Shown piece by piece: positions 62,701 to 64,000 of a stretch of DNA of 64,000 bases. This DNA is from Malacoraja senta (lineage: Eukaryota), in assembly GCA_038087875.1 (NCBI GenBank), contig CM075981.1:65968001-66032000 (forward strand). The letters are read 5' to 3'. Under the pieces are notes generated by a model. That model saw only the letters and a program-made list of their open reading frames with translations. It made no database searches and was not told where the DNA came from. Every line of letters starts with the position of its first letter. Position 1 is the first letter of the stretch. Both the position numbers and the translations under genes were made by a program.

Positions 62701-64000
62701 ATTGGCCAGAACATTAGTGAGAATTCTCTTGCTTTTTAAAAACAAAATCATGCCCTTGATCTTTTATGTTCTCCTTCGGGGGAAGCAGAATAATTAAGAA
62801 TTAATTCAAAAACTGAGAACTGCAATAGTGCAGTGCTCCTCCAACAATGTGCTCAGATTGGTACCCTAGATTTTGTGCTCAAGTCTGTAGTGGAACTTGA
62901 ACCCTTCTGCAATTTTCCATTGGACTATTCTGTATTAACAAATCTGACAATATATTTATTCCATTTGTTCTATGTGGTCAGTCATCAACATTTGAAATTA
63001 TCAAATTTTATTATTATGGCTGCATGCCTCCTGACTCTTCTCATTTATTCCATCTGGAACTCAGGCATACCAGCAAGACATTCGCATGTAGTACTGTAAA
63101 TAGGGGTCAATTCTATTGGTTCTATAAAATTAGTTCTTGTTATGATGACAGTGCTGAAGGTGTCCCAGTTGTGAATTCAAGGTTGCTGATGCATTAAGCT
63201 GCTGCATTGTTACATATCAGCAAGTCCTTCACTTTGCTGAAAGTTGCTGGCTTAGCTCAACATCTCTGCTTCGTAATCGGAATATCTGTCATGATATTGA
63301 ATACACTGGGATTAAAATTAGAGAGGAGATTGTCAGAATTGTTTTCTCCCACTTTTTGAATGAAACAATATATAGGTTACTTATGTGTGTGTGTGTTTCT
63401 TTTCAAATTAACAGAGTTTCAACCAATGCGGAGGTGCGTGATGTATTTCTTGTAGAGGGCACTGTGTTAAATTACCAGCTCCACATCTTAATTCACCAAG
63501 TATCGATTCCACAATAGATGCTGCACGTCTGTAATTAGGCAGTTTGAATTCCAGCTGATTGAAAAGCATTTAACCTTTAGGTTAATGACGTTTTGTGTCA
63601 CTGAAGAGTGCCTTACAGACACCGTTAGCTTGAATAGATTGTTCAAGTGCAAAATCTCCAATCAATCTAGTTTTCAGGGCACAATGAAACTTTCTTTTGT
63701 GTCAAATTTGTCTTGCCAAAGAATGTTAGCTTTCAAAATGTGAATCAATATTATATTTAAGATTTATACACCTGTAATTATAGGATATTATTTATTCCAA
63801 ATGGAATAGCGTCCATTTTAGATATTTATTGAAAATAAAAGCCCGGTCAGCTCTGATTCAATTGTACACATAATGACTCTGCTTCTACTGTGCCTCAGTC
63901 CAATTGCAGGAGAGTGTCCTAACAGGCTCAGTATGGCCTTTTATAATTACTATTCACGCTGTGCATATACAGTGCTTGTTTTGTAACTATGTGGTTATTT

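Overview
Eukaryotic, repeat-dominated non-coding DNA with no recognisable host protein-coding exon; probably intronic or intergenic. The repeat mix (HER1-like CR1 LINEs, V-SINE/HE1-like and Deu-domain SINEs, Rex1/Babar LINEs, Penelope-like elements) points to a cartilaginous fish, probably a skate or ray (inference, no database search). Every ORF I could assign to a protein family derives from a transposon: CR1 ORF1 esterase and ORF2 APE-RT, Rex1 APE-RT, Penelope GIY-YIG, or Tc1 DD34E transposase. Seven PIF/Harbinger-like MITEs share the terminal motif CTGTCCCACTT, and there is one hAT-like element and a 200-N scaffold gap. The most notable structures are: (i) a CR1 LINE with a twin-priming-type 5' inversion (46144-49832); (ii) minimal hammerhead-ribozyme motifs in Penelope pLTRs, including a 215-bp TSD-flanked fold-back insertion whose axis lies on the ribozyme core; (iii) an orphan 125-bp hairpin (41373-41497); (iv) several nested insertions whose order can be read from target-site duplications. 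I found no convincing wholly new multi-gene system. Coordinates of old, degraded repeats are approximate.
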